64,000 bases of DNA from an uncultured Candidatus Binatia bacterium. GTDB lineage: Bacteria; Desulfobacterota; Binatia; UBA9968; CAXXLF01. This document shows, piece after piece, positions 1-9,974 of the stretch. Under the pieces are notes generated by a model. The model saw nothing but the letters and a program-made list of their open reading frames with translations, searched no databases and was not told the origin of the DNA. How positions within the stretch are numbered: position 1 is the stretch's first letter; every line of letters begins with the position of its first letter. Location of the stretch: NCBI GenBank assembly GCA_965218425.1, contig OZ244621.1:56187-120186 (forward strand). Direction: 5' to 3'. The position numbers and the translations under genes were made by a program.

Positions 1-203
1 AGGCACCAGTTGGTCCCAGGCTTTCATGTCCGGGAAAAAATTACCATACCAGAAGGCGCCGCCACCGCCGGGGGAAGCCGGTCTTCCGCCCGCCCGGGTG
101 GCATCTTTTGATTGCCTGACGAGCTGTGCCTGTGAATAGAATTCACCCCCGTGACCGTACACGACATCAAGGTCTGACCTGCCCCCAGGAGTGGTACCAC
201 CCT

Positions 204-1109
204 TTAAGTTAGAGCCGGAATTATCTGGAGTCCAGCCCATGGGGATGAATTCCCAGCCTGCGCTCTGGGCAGAAAGGCCTCCGGTGCCGGAGAACGATAG
301 CCCAGGGCGCTGTGAGGCCGCCGCTGGTTATACTCTCTTCTCCATCTTTCGATCAGCACCTGAGCTTCCCTCAGGGTTTCAAACACCTCCCGGTTGAGCA
401 GCTCATCCCTGAGTTTTCCGTTAAAACTCTCCACGTAGCCATTCTCCCAAGGACTGCCAGGCTCGATGTAGAGTGTCCTGACACCAATGGCCTTGAGCCA
501 GTCCCGGATAGCCTGAGCCGTAAACTCGGGGCCATTGTCGGACCGAAGGGACTGCGGCACGCCCCGTTCCACGAATAGCTCCGCTAACCGTTCCAGCACA
601 TCCCGGTGATTCATCCGTCTGGCCACATCAATCGCCAAGCACTCCCGGGTGTATTCATCCAGGATGCTCAACAGCCGAAAGGCCCGACCGTCTTCGGTTC
701 GCTCGTGCACGAAGTCATAACTCCACACATGGTTTCGATGCGCCGGTCTCAGGCGAATGCAGGAGCCATCAGTCAACCGGAGCCTCCCTCGCTTAGGCTG
801 ACGGCTGAGGACTTTCAGCCCTTCCTGCCTCCAGAGCCTCTCCACTCGCTTGTGGTTGACCTTCCACCCCTCCCCACGCAGCATGGCCGTAATCCTCCGG
901 TAGCCGTATCGCCCGTATTCGCTGGCCAGCTCCATCATCCGAGCCACTAGTCTTGCTTCCTCTTCCGGGATCTCTCGGACTCTTCGTTGCGTCGATCGCG
1001 GCTGTCCCAACACTTGGCAAGCCCGGCGTTCGGAGACTCGATCAGGTCCCAATCTTTCTCTGGCCCATATCACCGCTCGTCTCCTCTTCGCCGGGCCTAG
1101 AAGTTTCCC
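204..1109 (-). CDS. IS3-family transposase OrfB (DDE integrase core), expressed by -1 frameshift
   Basis: [39 protein letters not shown] motifs. The frame is -1 relative to orfA, with slippery heptamer G GGA AAC at 1109-1103. Confidence 0.92.
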   Translation of the reverse strand, partial: GKLLGPAKRRRAVIWARERLGPDRVSERRACQVLGQPRSTQRRVREIPEEEARLVARMMELASEYGRYGYRRITAMLRGEGWKVNHKRVERLWRQEGLKVLSRQPKRGRLRLTDGSCIRLRPAHRNHVWSYDFVHERTEDGRAFRLLSILDEYTRECLAIDVARRMNHRDVLERLAELFVERGVPQSLRSDNGPEFTAQAIRDWLKAIGVRTLYIEPGSPWENGYVESFNGKLRDELLNREVFETLREAQVLIERWRREYNQRRPHSALGYRSPAPEAFLPRAQAGNSSPWAGLQIIPALT

Positions 1110-1375
1110 GAGGACACTTCCTTCAGGATCTGGTTGTCCAGCGATAGATCCGCCACCAGCTTCTTCAACCGCGCATTCTCCTTGTCCAAGGCCTTGAGCC
1201 TCTTGGCCTGATCCATCTTCAGGCCTCCATATTCCTTCCTCCACCGGTAGTAGGTCTGCACGGTTACCCCCACCTGCTTGCACACCTGGCCCACCGCCTT
1301 CCCTTGGGCCAAGCTCACCTCCGCCTCACGCAGCTTGAGGATAATCTGCTCGGCCGTAAATCGCTTTCTTGCCAT
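1097..1375 (-). CDS. IS3-family transposase OrfA (HTH)
   Basis: [20 protein letters not shown]...[12 protein letters not shown]...[21 protein letters not shown] is a typical OrfA. Confidence 0.95.
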   Translation of the reverse strand: MARKRFTAEQIILKLREAEVSLAQGKAVGQVCKQVGVTVQTYYRWRKEYGGLKMDQAKRLKALDKENARLKKLVADLSLDNQILKEVSSGNF

Positions 1376-1994
1376 CCTTGCCTCCTTCCTAAAATCAAAA
1401 TCCCTAACATTTCACCTGGACTCGTTTTAGGGGGCAAGGTCAGGTCCACATAAGGGTTGTCGAAATAGAACCTCACGTCGGGCACGATGGACATTGAAAT
1501 GGGGAGGTAATTGTAATGCAGCAACCGTACCGGCTTGTCGCCCCGCATGTTACTCAACGGGTGGCTGTAATTACGAGGAACTAAAAACCTGCTGTGTTTT
1601 TGCCACTCGAAAGTCTTTTTAGTCTTTTCTTCTCCTCCCCACAGGGTGGTTAGGCCGCGTCCCTCCACGACGTACACGATCTCGTCCAAGGTAAACTTTA
1701 GCGGAGGTAGAGTTCTTCCGGGTGCGATTTCTGACACGCGGGCCTCACTGACCCCTTCCTGGCCCGCAAGCTTTAGAAAGGCTGCACGACACTCCCTTTC
1801 GGGCCACTCTCCCAGCTCCAGGGTCCTCAAATCTTCAAGGTAATACCCTTTATGGATTGGAATTCCCGTGGACTCGATCCATTCATCGTAGGCAGAAGTG
1901 CGCCTCAAAAACTTGCCGCCGCATTATCGGTTATTACCTCTGTAACACTAGGAGCTGCGGCCATACCGTCCTTTTTCCGTGTCCCGAATAACCG

Positions 1995-3044
1995 TCAACT
2001 CACTTTGAGAAGCGGGAATATCCTTTTTGCCGTACCGGCAAAGATCTTCATCTTATCCTCAGCACTGAGAAAGCCAATGCTGTCAATCACTGGAATCAGG
2101 TCATCCGAGGGTTTGTCCGTTTCTGGATTCATGACTCCAGAGCCTGTGCCCGGAGCCTCGGTTCCGAAAAGCATGCGCTCTGTTCCTCTTTGTTTGATGG
2201 CGGTGGCAAGAAAGTCCTTGTCATAAGCACAGGTATCAAAGAATAGATTGTTGCTGAGGTCCATTTGGCGACGGCCTCCTCCTTGCCTCTGAATCCCCAT
2301 ACCCACCTGGCCCCCTGAGGATTCCCCGGAGGCTCTGGACCCGCGAGGAAGGATGCGTCTGAGCGCGCCACCGCAATGGCAGATGATGATCTTGAGGTTT
2401 GGAAACCGTTCGAAGACATCGCTGTGCTCCAGAAGGAGCGTGGCCAAAGTCTCCTCCGTAACGTTATTGTACTGGTAATTGTGGGGAATGATTTCAATGC
2501 GAGGGTCCCGACTGATGGAAGGGTGAACAATGAGAGGAGCGTTCCACTCCTGTGCCTTTTCATAGAGTGGAAACCAGTATTCCTTGTCCATGCCAGGCGT
2601 TTGCCGATCCGCGCCAGGATCCGGGTTCACCATGGCACCCACGAATCCCAACTCTTTGATGCATCTTTCGAGTTCCGGGATACAGTTTTTGCTGTCCAAT
2701 TTGGAATTTTGGGGGAGCTGGGCGATCCCCACAAAGCGGTTTGGATACATTTTACAGTGCTGTTGGATGATATTGTTTGTGATTCGAGTCCATTTTTCCA
2801 CGAGGAAGGCCGCCTCCCAGTGCATAAACGCCACCGGTCTGGCTGAAATCATCTGGACATCGATATTTCTGTCATCCATTATCCTCAGGTGCCGCTCTAG
2901 GGCTGTCTGCATAAGTTCATCGGAGATCTCAAGGTCTCCGTCCCCCGGGCTCCTCAGGGCGATAAGATTATAGGCGTAGGCCCTGAAATGGGGTGGGGTC
3001 GACATATGACCATGCACGTCAATTACTTTTTGTCCGTTATACAT
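1995..3044 (-). CDS. Amidohydrolase_2 family, LigY/LigJ-like ring-cleavage product hydrolase/hydratase
   Basis: IDVHGH, QMISARP, NPDP, HCGG, FDT, FGTE motifs. Confidence 0.85.
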   Translation of the reverse strand: MYNGQKVIDVHGHMSTPPHFRAYAYNLIALRSPGDGDLEISDELMQTALERHLRIMDDRNIDVQMISARPVAFMHWEAAFLVEKWTRITNNIIQQHCKMYPNRFVGIAQLPQNSKLDSKNCIPELERCIKELGFVGAMVNPDPGADRQTPGMDKEYWFPLYEKAQEWNAPLIVHPSISRDPRIEIIPHNYQYNNVTEETLATLLLEHSDVFERFPNLKIIICHCGGALRRILPRGSRASGESSGGQVGMGIQRQGGGRRQMDLSNNLFFDTCAYDKDFLATAIKQRGTERMLFGTEAPGTGSGVMNPETDKPSDDLIPVIDSIGFLSAEDKMKIFAGTAKRIFPLLKVS

Positions 3045-3291
3045 CGTTTTCTCCTTTCACTGCTGGCTCTTTTAGTGCCGGGGACTGGGAGCAATAAATT
3101 ATTGGTTAAAATTCACCATACTTTCTCGACGTCTACTTAGAGAAAAAATGGAGATCCTATCAAGAAAGAGAGCGGGTCCATTGACTTAGCCATAGCAATC
3201 GTGATTTAGTTAACCCTACCGAATGTAATTCCTTCGGGTAACCCATAAGTCCTTAAATGTTTGTGCGGCCATTAACTCAAGGGAGGTGCTT

Positions 3292-3678
3292 ATGAAAACT
3301 GTCCGAATATTTTTGGTTGCCGCCTTGGCCCTGTTCTTGTTTCTCGACAGCAGTTGGGCGCAAGGGAAAAGAGGCTCCAGCGGAAAGCGGTTAAAGGAAA
3401 TGACGGTGGTAATCAGCGAGGTGGGCGATGCTACCATTGGCTATCAAGTGGAGCGAAGGGGAAGGCTTCGTACGACATACATCGGAATCGCTTCAGTGAC
3501 CAAGATCAAAAAAGATGGCAAGGATCTAACTATTAAGGAGCTAAAGAAAACCGATAAGGTGGTTGTCACTTTGTACCAAGATCCTGAGGATCCCTATTTC
3601 CCTGCCCTCTCTGTCAAAGTGATCGGCAAGGGAGAGCTGATGAAGCGCGCTCGAAAGGGAAAGAAAAAGAAAAGTTAG
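3292..3678 (+). CDS. Hypothetical exported basic protein (small beta-barrel-like)
   Basis: RBS GGAGG; signal peptide MKTVRIFLVAALALFLFLDSSWA; Lys-rich mature region. Confidence 0.7.
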   Translation: MKTVRIFLVAALALFLFLDSSWAQGKRGSSGKRLKEMTVVISEVGDATIGYQVERRGRLRTTYIGIASVTKIKKDGKDLTIKELKKTDKVVVTLYQDPEDPYFPALSVKVIGKGELMKRARKGKKKKS

Positions 3679-3711
3679 TTCCTCGAGCCCTTTTCCGATC
3701 CCGTGTGGGGT

Positions 3712-4458
3712 TTAATCGGGCTTACCCAGCAGTCTTGAGTAAAATCGCCAAGCGGAAGTGAGGTGTCCCGTGGTTCTACGTCCTCCTTCCGCTGTCATGT
3801 TGCCAATGCTCTCAAAGGCTTTGATGTCCTCGTCGGGAATGGGTTCCGGAGTACCCAAAAGGGACGCCTGGTAATTCATTTCCGCTAGTTGGTTGAGCTT
3901 GATGGCCGTAACCGTGGCTTCTTGAACGCTTTGGCCAACTGAAGTGATGCCGTGGCCTCGCATGAGACAGACTCTTTTATCGCCGATGGCCTGAGCAAAC
4001 TCTTTGCCTCGCTCGTCATTGGAAATCAAAATACTCCGTCTGTAATTAGCGATACCATCCGTATAGATTCTGAGGCCCGATGGGTCGTAGGCGCCGTAAA
4101 GGGGAAGGAGCGGCTTGTTGCAGATGGTAAAAAGGACCACGGTGGGCGGGTGAATATGAATGACGCTTTGCACGTCCGGCCTGGTTTTATAGATCCAAGT
4201 GTGAATGAAGACCTCCTGGGGCCGGGCGAGGCCTTCGTCTCCCTCCAGCTTGTTCCCGTTGAGGTCAACCGTGATGACCTCTCGGGCCGTGGTGAACCTC
4301 ACCCCTTCTTCCTCGGGACCCCTTGCCCTGATGAGGACCTTGTCGGTTCCTTCAACCCGAGCGCTCACATGGCCGGTTGCTTCTTTGGTCAAATTCAATT
4401 TTCCCAGGATGCGGCAAGACTCCGCAACGACCTCTTTGAGTTCCTGCACATTTGCCAT
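3712..4458 (-). CDS. Class II aldolase/adducin family, 3,4-dihydroxyphthalate decarboxylase (PhtC)-like
   Basis: SCRIL, GHVSAR, RARGPEEEG, SVIHIHP and MRGHG Zn-binding motifs. Confidence 0.8.
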   Translation of the reverse strand: MANVQELKEVVAESCRILGKLNLTKEATGHVSARVEGTDKVLIRARGPEEEGVRFTTAREVITVDLNGNKLEGDEGLARPQEVFIHTWIYKTRPDVQSVIHIHPPTVVLFTICNKPLLPLYGAYDPSGLRIYTDGIANYRRSILISNDERGKEFAQAIGDKRVCLMRGHGITSVGQSVQEATVTAIKLNQLAEMNYQASLLGTPEPIPDEDIKAFESIGNMTAEGGRRTTGHLTSAWRFYSRLLGKPD

Positions 4459-4467
4459 ATGTCCTCC

Positions 4468-5595
4468 CTACTTTCTGAAGACCTTGTCCAATAGCTTGTC
4501 GGCCGGTCTCCGATCCACAAACCTGGAGTCGTCCCCATCGAAATAAGGACGCCCTTCTACCCTGATCCGTTCCTCAGGAATCATATCTTTTGGGACGTCT
4601 ATCCTGAGGGAATTGGGCCGTCTTCTTTTCAACACGTCTTTTCCCTCCTGCATGAGCAACTGGGCGTCACGGGAGAGGAGCCAATTCATGAATACCTTTG
4701 CCGCATTTGGATGAGTCGCCTTCTTGAGGAAACTCATGGTGTGACCGCCGGAAGTCAAAGTGCCACCTTCCTTGAGAGTATTGATCTGTCCCAGGGGAAG
4801 CCCCTGATCGATGGCGTCGCCTACCTCGGAGGTCGGACAGGGAAGACAGATGCTGAACCTGCCTTTGGCGAGCCAATCGATGGGCTGGCGATAGTCCCGG
4901 GCTATGGTCACCTTCTGACCGCCGTAGAGCCGTGTCATGAATTCGGGGCCCAGGGTGGGCATGTAGTACATGAACAGTAGCGGGGTGTCTGCTCCCCGCA
5001 TTCTGGGATCCATGGCGGTAATTTTACCCTTCCACTTGGGATTGAGAAGATCTCTGTAAGACTTGAACTCCTTGGGATTCACCAACTTTGTATTGTAATT
5101 GATATTCACCCCGCCAGCGTTTCCCACGAAAACGAAAACATGCTTCGTTTGCGGGTCCAGATACTTGTGTCTTCCCTGCCACCATTTGGATTCATCCACC
5201 ACGTCAGGAAGACTCAGATGAGGAGCGATGGGCTGCGTGAGATTATTAACGTACAAGGTGCCAAAATTCGAGCCCTTGCCGCCTATGAATATGTCTGGAA
5301 TGTACTTACCCGCTCGGCGCTCCGCGATGATTTTTGGGCCCAGGAGCGATCCCCTGCCTGGCTCGAACTTCACATCAATTGCAGGGTAGGCCTTTTTGAA
5401 AGCCTTTAGCATTGAATAATACCCGCGGAACGGGTGACCTGCGTAAATGACAACCTTCCCTTCTTTTTGTGCTGCCCTAACAGTTGCCTGCCAGTCCTTC
5501 TCCTGAGCGAAAATTGCATGGTTCGGCAACCCCATCAATATCGCATAAACGGTTAAAGAAACGGTCATCCTTACCAAGGCAATCCTAAATCTCAT
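4468..5595 (-). CDS. ABC-type extracellular solute-binding protein (Fe3+/thiamine-like fold), no cognate permease adjacent
   Basis: Signal peptide; AAQKEGKVVIY, DLLNPKWKGKI, HPNAAKVFMNWLLS motifs. Confidence 0.85.
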   Translation of the reverse strand: MRFRIALVRMTVSLTVYAILMGLPNHAIFAQEKDWQATVRAAQKEGKVVIYAGHPFRGYYSMLKAFKKAYPAIDVKFEPGRGSLLGPKIIAERRAGKYIPDIFIGGKGSNFGTLYVNNLTQPIAPHLSLPDVVDESKWWQGRHKYLDPQTKHVFVFVGNAGGVNINYNTKLVNPKEFKSYRDLLNPKWKGKITAMDPRMRGADTPLLFMYYMPTLGPEFMTRLYGGQKVTIARDYRQPIDWLAKGRFSICLPCPTSEVGDAIDQGLPLGQINTLKEGGTLTSGGHTMSFLKKATHPNAAKVFMNWLLSRDAQLLMQEGKDVLKRRRPNSLRIDVPKDMIPEERIRVEGRPYFDGDDSRFVDRRPADKLLDKVFRK

Positions 5596-5631
5596 GTAAA
5601 CGTCCTGCGAGCAAACACGAATGAGGCTTCA

Positions 5632-6387
5632 CTATTTCTGAAGCAATTTTTTATAATAGCGCCAGAAGGAGGGTTCTCCCGTGGTGCTCGGCCCCTCAAG
5701 CCTTCTTCGCGCGCCCCTGGCCCACCGCTCCTGATATTCAATGATATCCCTGTCAGGAACCGGCTTGGGGGTCCCGATGGCATAGGCCATGTAGTTTATC
5801 CTGGCCAGCTCGAATACGTTCAGGCTGATGGATGTGGACTCCTCAACGCTTTTTCCGGCGGTGGTCAAGCCGTGGCCCAGGAGAAGGCAGGCATTTTTCT
5901 CACCTATAACATTCATGAAATCCTTGCCCAATTCTTCGTTGACGATGGTTACGGTGCGGGGATAGAGGGGGATGCCTTCCACACAGAGTTTCATGCATTG
6001 AGGGTTATAAGCGGCAAAGATGGGCAGCAGGGGTTTTTCCGCTGCAGTTAACGCCACCACCCAATCCGGATGAGTATGGATGACGCTCTGCACATCTTCC
6101 CTCTCCTTGAATACGGCCAGATGCATGTCGGTCTCATGGGGCGCATCCAGCCCCTTTGCCGCCTCGATGACTTTCCCATTGATGTCAATGGTAATGATGT
6201 CGGTCTCGGTGGCAAATTGAAGGGCGGCCTCATCCGGCCCCTTGGATTTGATGAGAATCCTGTCAGTGCCCGGGATCCTTACGCTGACATGCCCGAAAGA
6301 ACCCTGGGTGACACCACGAAATCCCAATATGCGACATGAAAAGGCGACTTTCTTTTTCAGCTCTTTGATGGTTTGGGCTTTTGTCAT
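5632..6387 (-). CDS. Class II aldolase/adducin family, PhtC-like (second paralogue)
   Basis: SCRIL, GHVSVR, SVIHTHP, LLGHG motifs; collinear with 3712-4458. Confidence 0.8.
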   Translation of the reverse strand: MTKAQTIKELKKKVAFSCRILGFRGVTQGSFGHVSVRIPGTDRILIKSKGPDEAALQFATETDIITIDINGKVIEAAKGLDAPHETDMHLAVFKEREDVQSVIHTHPDWVVALTAAEKPLLPIFAAYNPQCMKLCVEGIPLYPRTVTIVNEELGKDFMNVIGEKNACLLLGHGLTTAGKSVEESTSISLNVFELARINYMAYAIGTPKPVPDRDIIEYQERWARGARRRLEGPSTTGEPSFWRYYKKLLQK

Positions 6388-6417
6388 AGTTCCTCGCTCG
6401 TGAGCCGGACGTTTCTC

Positions 6418-7425
6418 CTAGTTGAGCTTCAGGTTAAAGAGTTTCTTGGCATTCTCTTCAAAAATCGCCTTACGATCCGCCTCACTCAACCACTCGATGC
6501 TCTCAATCACCGGCCTCAGATCATCCAGGTACCGCCCGGTGTCGGGATGAACGGCTGTCCCCGTGCCCGGCTTCTCCGTGCCGTACATACAGCGATCGAC
6601 GCCCGCCACCTTGAAGAGCAGATCCAGCCCATCTTTCGAATAGAGGCAGGTATCAAAGTAGAGTTTCCGAATGGCGTCTTCAAATCTTTCACCGCCCCGC
6701 TGAAATCTCGGCGCCATGAAACGTCCCATCTGATAAGGAATGGCACCACCGCCGTGGGAGATGATGATCTTCAGCTTGGGGAAATCATGGAAGACCTTCG
6801 AGCTCAGTAGGGACATAATGGCAATGCTTTCTTCGTTGATGAAATGGAGGCTGTAGGTCAAGCGGGTGGACTGGCAGCTTGCCGTGTGTACGTGCCCGGG
6901 AACGTCCAATTCAACCAACTTTTCGTAGAGTGGATACCAAAACTCATCTCCCATCCCTGGAGTTTCATCACCACCCCGCTCCCCGGGATCCGGATTAACG
7001 AGGCAGCCCACAAAGCCTAACTCCTTAACGGCGCGTTCCAATTCTGGAATACAGTTCTTTGGACTGACACCCGGGGACTGCGGGAGACCCGCCACTCCCT
7101 GAAAGACGTCCGGGTGGAGTTTGCATTGCCGAGCGATGATATTATTGGTCTCTTCGGCAAACCAGTGCACGAGCCTTTCCGGCTGTTTCCACATCATCTG
7201 TGAAAAGGGTCTTGGGGAGATCAGTTGAAAGCCAATCTGCCCTTGCTTGAGATGCTCCATGTGGGATTTCGAACCAAAGGTCGGACTATTGAGGATCTGT
7301 TCAATACGCTCGTCACTCACATTGACTTTTCCACGACCATGGGCCCCGCGGCTGGACAGTAACCCAACGTGATAGGCCTGAAGCTCCGGTGGGGCGGTGG
7401 TGTGACCATGCATGTCAATCAACAT
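6418..7425 (-). CDS. LigY-like meta-cleavage compound hydrolase (amidohydrolase_2)
   Basis: IDMHGH..APPEL.AY..GLL..RGAHGRG, LISPRPF, YSLHFINEE, SHGGGAIPYQ closely follow the LigY pattern. Confidence 0.8.
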   Translation of the reverse strand: MLIDMHGHTTAPPELQAYHVGLLSSRGAHGRGKVNVSDERIEQILNSPTFGSKSHMEHLKQGQIGFQLISPRPFSQMMWKQPERLVHWFAEETNNIIARQCKLHPDVFQGVAGLPQSPGVSPKNCIPELERAVKELGFVGCLVNPDPGERGGDETPGMGDEFWYPLYEKLVELDVPGHVHTASCQSTRLTYSLHFINEESIAIMSLLSSKVFHDFPKLKIIISHGGGAIPYQMGRFMAPRFQRGGERFEDAIRKLYFDTCLYSKDGLDLLFKVAGVDRCMYGTEKPGTGTAVHPDTGRYLDDLRPVIESIEWLSEADRKAIFEENAKKLFNLKLN

Positions 7426-7623
7426 AAGAATCTCCTTATCTAAAGGGGAGAGAATTAAAGTCGTTTATAAAAGGCGGCTTATTGACGGTGGCTCTTTTTC
7501 CAACAAGCCGGTCGCTCTTGAAGTAGTATAGAGGGCGCCACGTTGTCAAGTAGCGAGGGTCAGCGGAAAGATGGCAGGCTTGACTAAGTAAGGACACTCG
7601 ATTAGGGATGACAGGGTTTAGCC

Positions 7624-8520
7624 ATGGAGGATACAATCAAATTAGCCACCATCGAGACGGGGGGCACCTGGGGCCGGCTCGGCAATTGGCTCGCGGCCAG
7701 TCTAAAACCGGCTGGATTCGAAGTCCAAATGTTGAAGCGCGGCGGTGAGATCCCTGAGACGGCCTATCGGGTGGACAGCGGAGAGGCCGACCTGTCCGTA
7801 ACCACCACCTTTGGAGCGCGTGAAGCGTACCTTGGCAGACCACCATATGAAAAACAACTTCGGATAAAAGGCATCGCCGAGATTCAGTACCCAAATCATT
7901 GGTTTGTCAATATGATCAGGGCTGAGACAGGACTGTCTTCCTTTGACGACCTGGTGAGGGAGCGTCCGGCGCTCAGCCTTTGCCTCCCCTCGCCCACCAT
8001 GCTTGTCTCGTACCCGGTGAAGGCCATATTCAGGCTCTTTGGCATGGATCCCTACACGGACATTCCAAAATGGGGTGGGGAGATTATTACCAATTTCAAT
8101 ACCGCACCTGAACTCATTGCAACGGGGCGTGCCGATGGTCTGTTCCGGGAGAACAGCCCCACCCGCTACGATATCTCTCAGCAGGCTGAAATGAGATTCT
8201 TTCAACTGACTGAACAGCAGGTGCAACAGGTTGCGGATGAAATGGGCATGAAAACGGGCCTCATCGAGGCGAAGACCTATGAGCACCAGCACGAGAAAAT
8301 CCGCACCCTCGACGCAGAAGGATTTACCATTTTCGCACGCAGCGATCTACCGCCAGAGATGGGTTACCGTATCGCCAGGGCAATCGATCACCATACCGCA
8401 ACCCATTACATCAGCTCGTCTACTTTTTATTCACCGCGCTTTGCCGTTCATACCGGTGTGCCGCTGCTAGAAGGCGCGGCAAGATATTACCGCGAGTGCG
8501 GTTATCTCCCGACATCCTAG
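7624..8520 (+). CDS. TAXI-family (TRAP solute receptor fold) protein without a signal peptide
   Basis: LATIETGGTW, GEADLSV and the C-terminal TGVPLLEGAARYYRECG are TAXI-like; there is no hydrophobic N-terminus. Confidence 0.7.
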   Translation: MEDTIKLATIETGGTWGRLGNWLAASLKPAGFEVQMLKRGGEIPETAYRVDSGEADLSVTTTFGAREAYLGRPPYEKQLRIKGIAEIQYPNHWFVNMIRAETGLSSFDDLVRERPALSLCLPSPTMLVSYPVKAIFRLFGMDPYTDIPKWGGEIITNFNTAPELIATGRADGLFRENSPTRYDISQQAEMRFFQLTEQQVQQVADEMGMKTGLIEAKTYEHQHEKIRTLDAEGFTIFARSDLPPEMGYRIARAIDHHTATHYISSSTFYSPRFAVHTGVPLLEGAARYYRECGYLPTS

Positions 8521-8624
8521 AATTTGTTTAAATACAGTCCTAATGTGTGCGACGAGAAAAGAAAACGGTCCCCATGAAAGCGCAATGTCTGTTGTTATGG
8601 GTAGACCGAAGGCGGAATTCAGCG

Positions 8625-9935
8625 TTACTCTGCGCTACGTCTCCCCGGCGCCTCGCCTTTTGTGGGTTGCTGTCCCTCGCTGAGCTGAGCCTTTTTCCTA
8701 GTGGCATCCCTGGAAAGCTCTAAAATCATCTTGCGAAAAATAGTGAGCTGGGAGTCCGTGGGGGCGAGGTGCTCCGGGGTCCAGAACCGGCAGGAGGCGG
8801 CTCCCCTGCCGTCTTGGCTGCTGAAATTGTATTCCAGTGGATTTCGAATTAGAGCGAAGTGCAGTTTTCTCCAAAGGCGGCTGATTCCGTTATGAGCCTG
8901 AGGGAAATAGAAATAAATGATGCGCGACAGGTTGGGTCCCACGGGAACCGCGTACCTCGTAGTACCGCCACCCGTACGGACCACGCTGGGGAGGTGATGC
9001 CCCTGCCTCCATTCCTCGTATTTTTCGAAGGGGCTGCGATTTCCCGACCTCCTGAATCGTTTAAAAAACCATTGCCAGAGTAAACGCCATCGACGAAGTG
9101 GCCACACCCCGTCCACGCCGGGGTAATACATCTGGTAGGGGACTTTACCGTCTTTAGCGTAATAGTTCGCTCCCGCGTGGGTAGTCACCAACCCCCTCCC
9201 ATTAACGATTTGCCCCTGGGCGTTGACGGGGGTGCGAGTCCGGCCCGGAGATATTCCCGTCAACTGGTTGATGGAATTTCGATGAAGGTAGAGGGCATTG
9301 TGGGAGTCGCTATGGTTCTCGATGGCTAAAAGCCAATTGAGAGGCCAGTAGGTATAGGAGCTGAGCACAACTCTATTGTGTTCGAAAAACTCCGGTGGAA
9401 TGTCCTCTTCCATGGGAGCCGGCTTGCCCTCCCCCATCCATATAAATACCCACCCATGCAGTGTCCGGGTTGTATAGGTCCGCGCCTTAAGGTTGCCCAC
9501 CATCTTGGAATCCGGTCCCTCCGGAATGAAGGCAACACATTCTCCATGGCGGTCAAAGGTTGCCCCATGGTAGGGGCAGGAAAGAAAACCCCGATAAAAA
9601 CAGGCCCCCTCGCTCAGGCTGGCGCCCCGGTGCGGGCAGATATCAGATAATGCCACCACCTCTCCCAGCTTATCCCTGAAGAGTACCAGGTCGTCTCCTA
9701 GCATCTTCCAATAAACGGGTTTCTTAGCCACTTTCTTTGCGGGTAGCGCAGGATACCAGTACTCGCGCAATCCCAGGGGGGGAATGCCGCTGCGAGGGTC
9801 TTCACCCGGCTCGGCGGATTCGGACCTGGAGAAATGGGCTCTGGGCAAAGTCGGCGGTAAGGGTATACCCCTGGGCCTGTGTTCCAGGATCTCCCTCTCC
9901 GTTCTCCTTTCATATCTCCTGATCCATGCACCCAT
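8625..9935 (-). CDS. Rieske non-heme iron oxygenase alpha subunit (CarAa/OxoO-like)
   Basis: LGLREYWYP; CPH...CPYH Rieske motif; NW..AIEN..D.H.....H iron site; late QD Asp. Confidence 0.85.
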   Translation of the reverse strand: MGAWIRRYERRTEREILEHRPRGIPLPPTLPRAHFSRSESAEPGEDPRSGIPPLGLREYWYPALPAKKVAKKPVYWKMLGDDLVLFRDKLGEVVALSDICPHRGASLSEGACFYRGFLSCPYHGATFDRHGECVAFIPEGPDSKMVGNLKARTYTTRTLHGWVFIWMGEGKPAPMEEDIPPEFFEHNRVVLSSYTYWPLNWLLAIENHSDSHNALYLHRNSINQLTGISPGRTRTPVNAQGQIVNGRGLVTTHAGANYYAKDGKVPYQMYYPGVDGVWPLRRWRLLWQWFFKRFRRSGNRSPFEKYEEWRQGHHLPSVVRTGGGTTRYAVPVGPNLSRIIYFYFPQAHNGISRLWRKLHFALIRNPLEYNFSSQDGRGAASCRFWTPEHLAPTDSQLTIFRKMILELSRDATRKKAQLSEGQQPTKGEAPGRRSAE

Positions 9936-9974
9936 GGTTCGTTTCCCTTTGCCACAAGAATGAGCCCGGTACTG

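Larger units (their letters stand above)
175..1442 (-). mobile_element. IS3-family insertion sequence (IS407-like), 1268 bp
   Basis: Ends are TGACCTGCCCCC... at 175 and the reverse complement TGACCTTGCCCCC... at 1442. GGTC is duplicated at 171-174 and 1443-1446. orfA plus orfB layout. Confidence 0.95.
1..1964 (-). pseudogene. Bicupin (gentisate-dioxygenase-like cupin) gene, interrupted by an IS and with a 5' frameshift; runs off the window's left edge
   Basis: The ATG at 1964 follows a purine-rich RBS but is 1 nt out of frame with the body (RRTSAYDEW...EIVYVVEGRG...FEWQKHS). Removing the IS (175-1442) and one GGTC copy restores the frame ...NPYVD|LDVVYGHGGEFYSQ...FWYGNFFPDMKAWDQLVP to position 1. 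Paralogous to 52770-53846. Confidence 0.85.

Noticed and set aside
1315-1442. C-terminus of track ORF 1315-1908
   Set aside because: Read-through from the cupin gene into the IS end; not a real protein tail.
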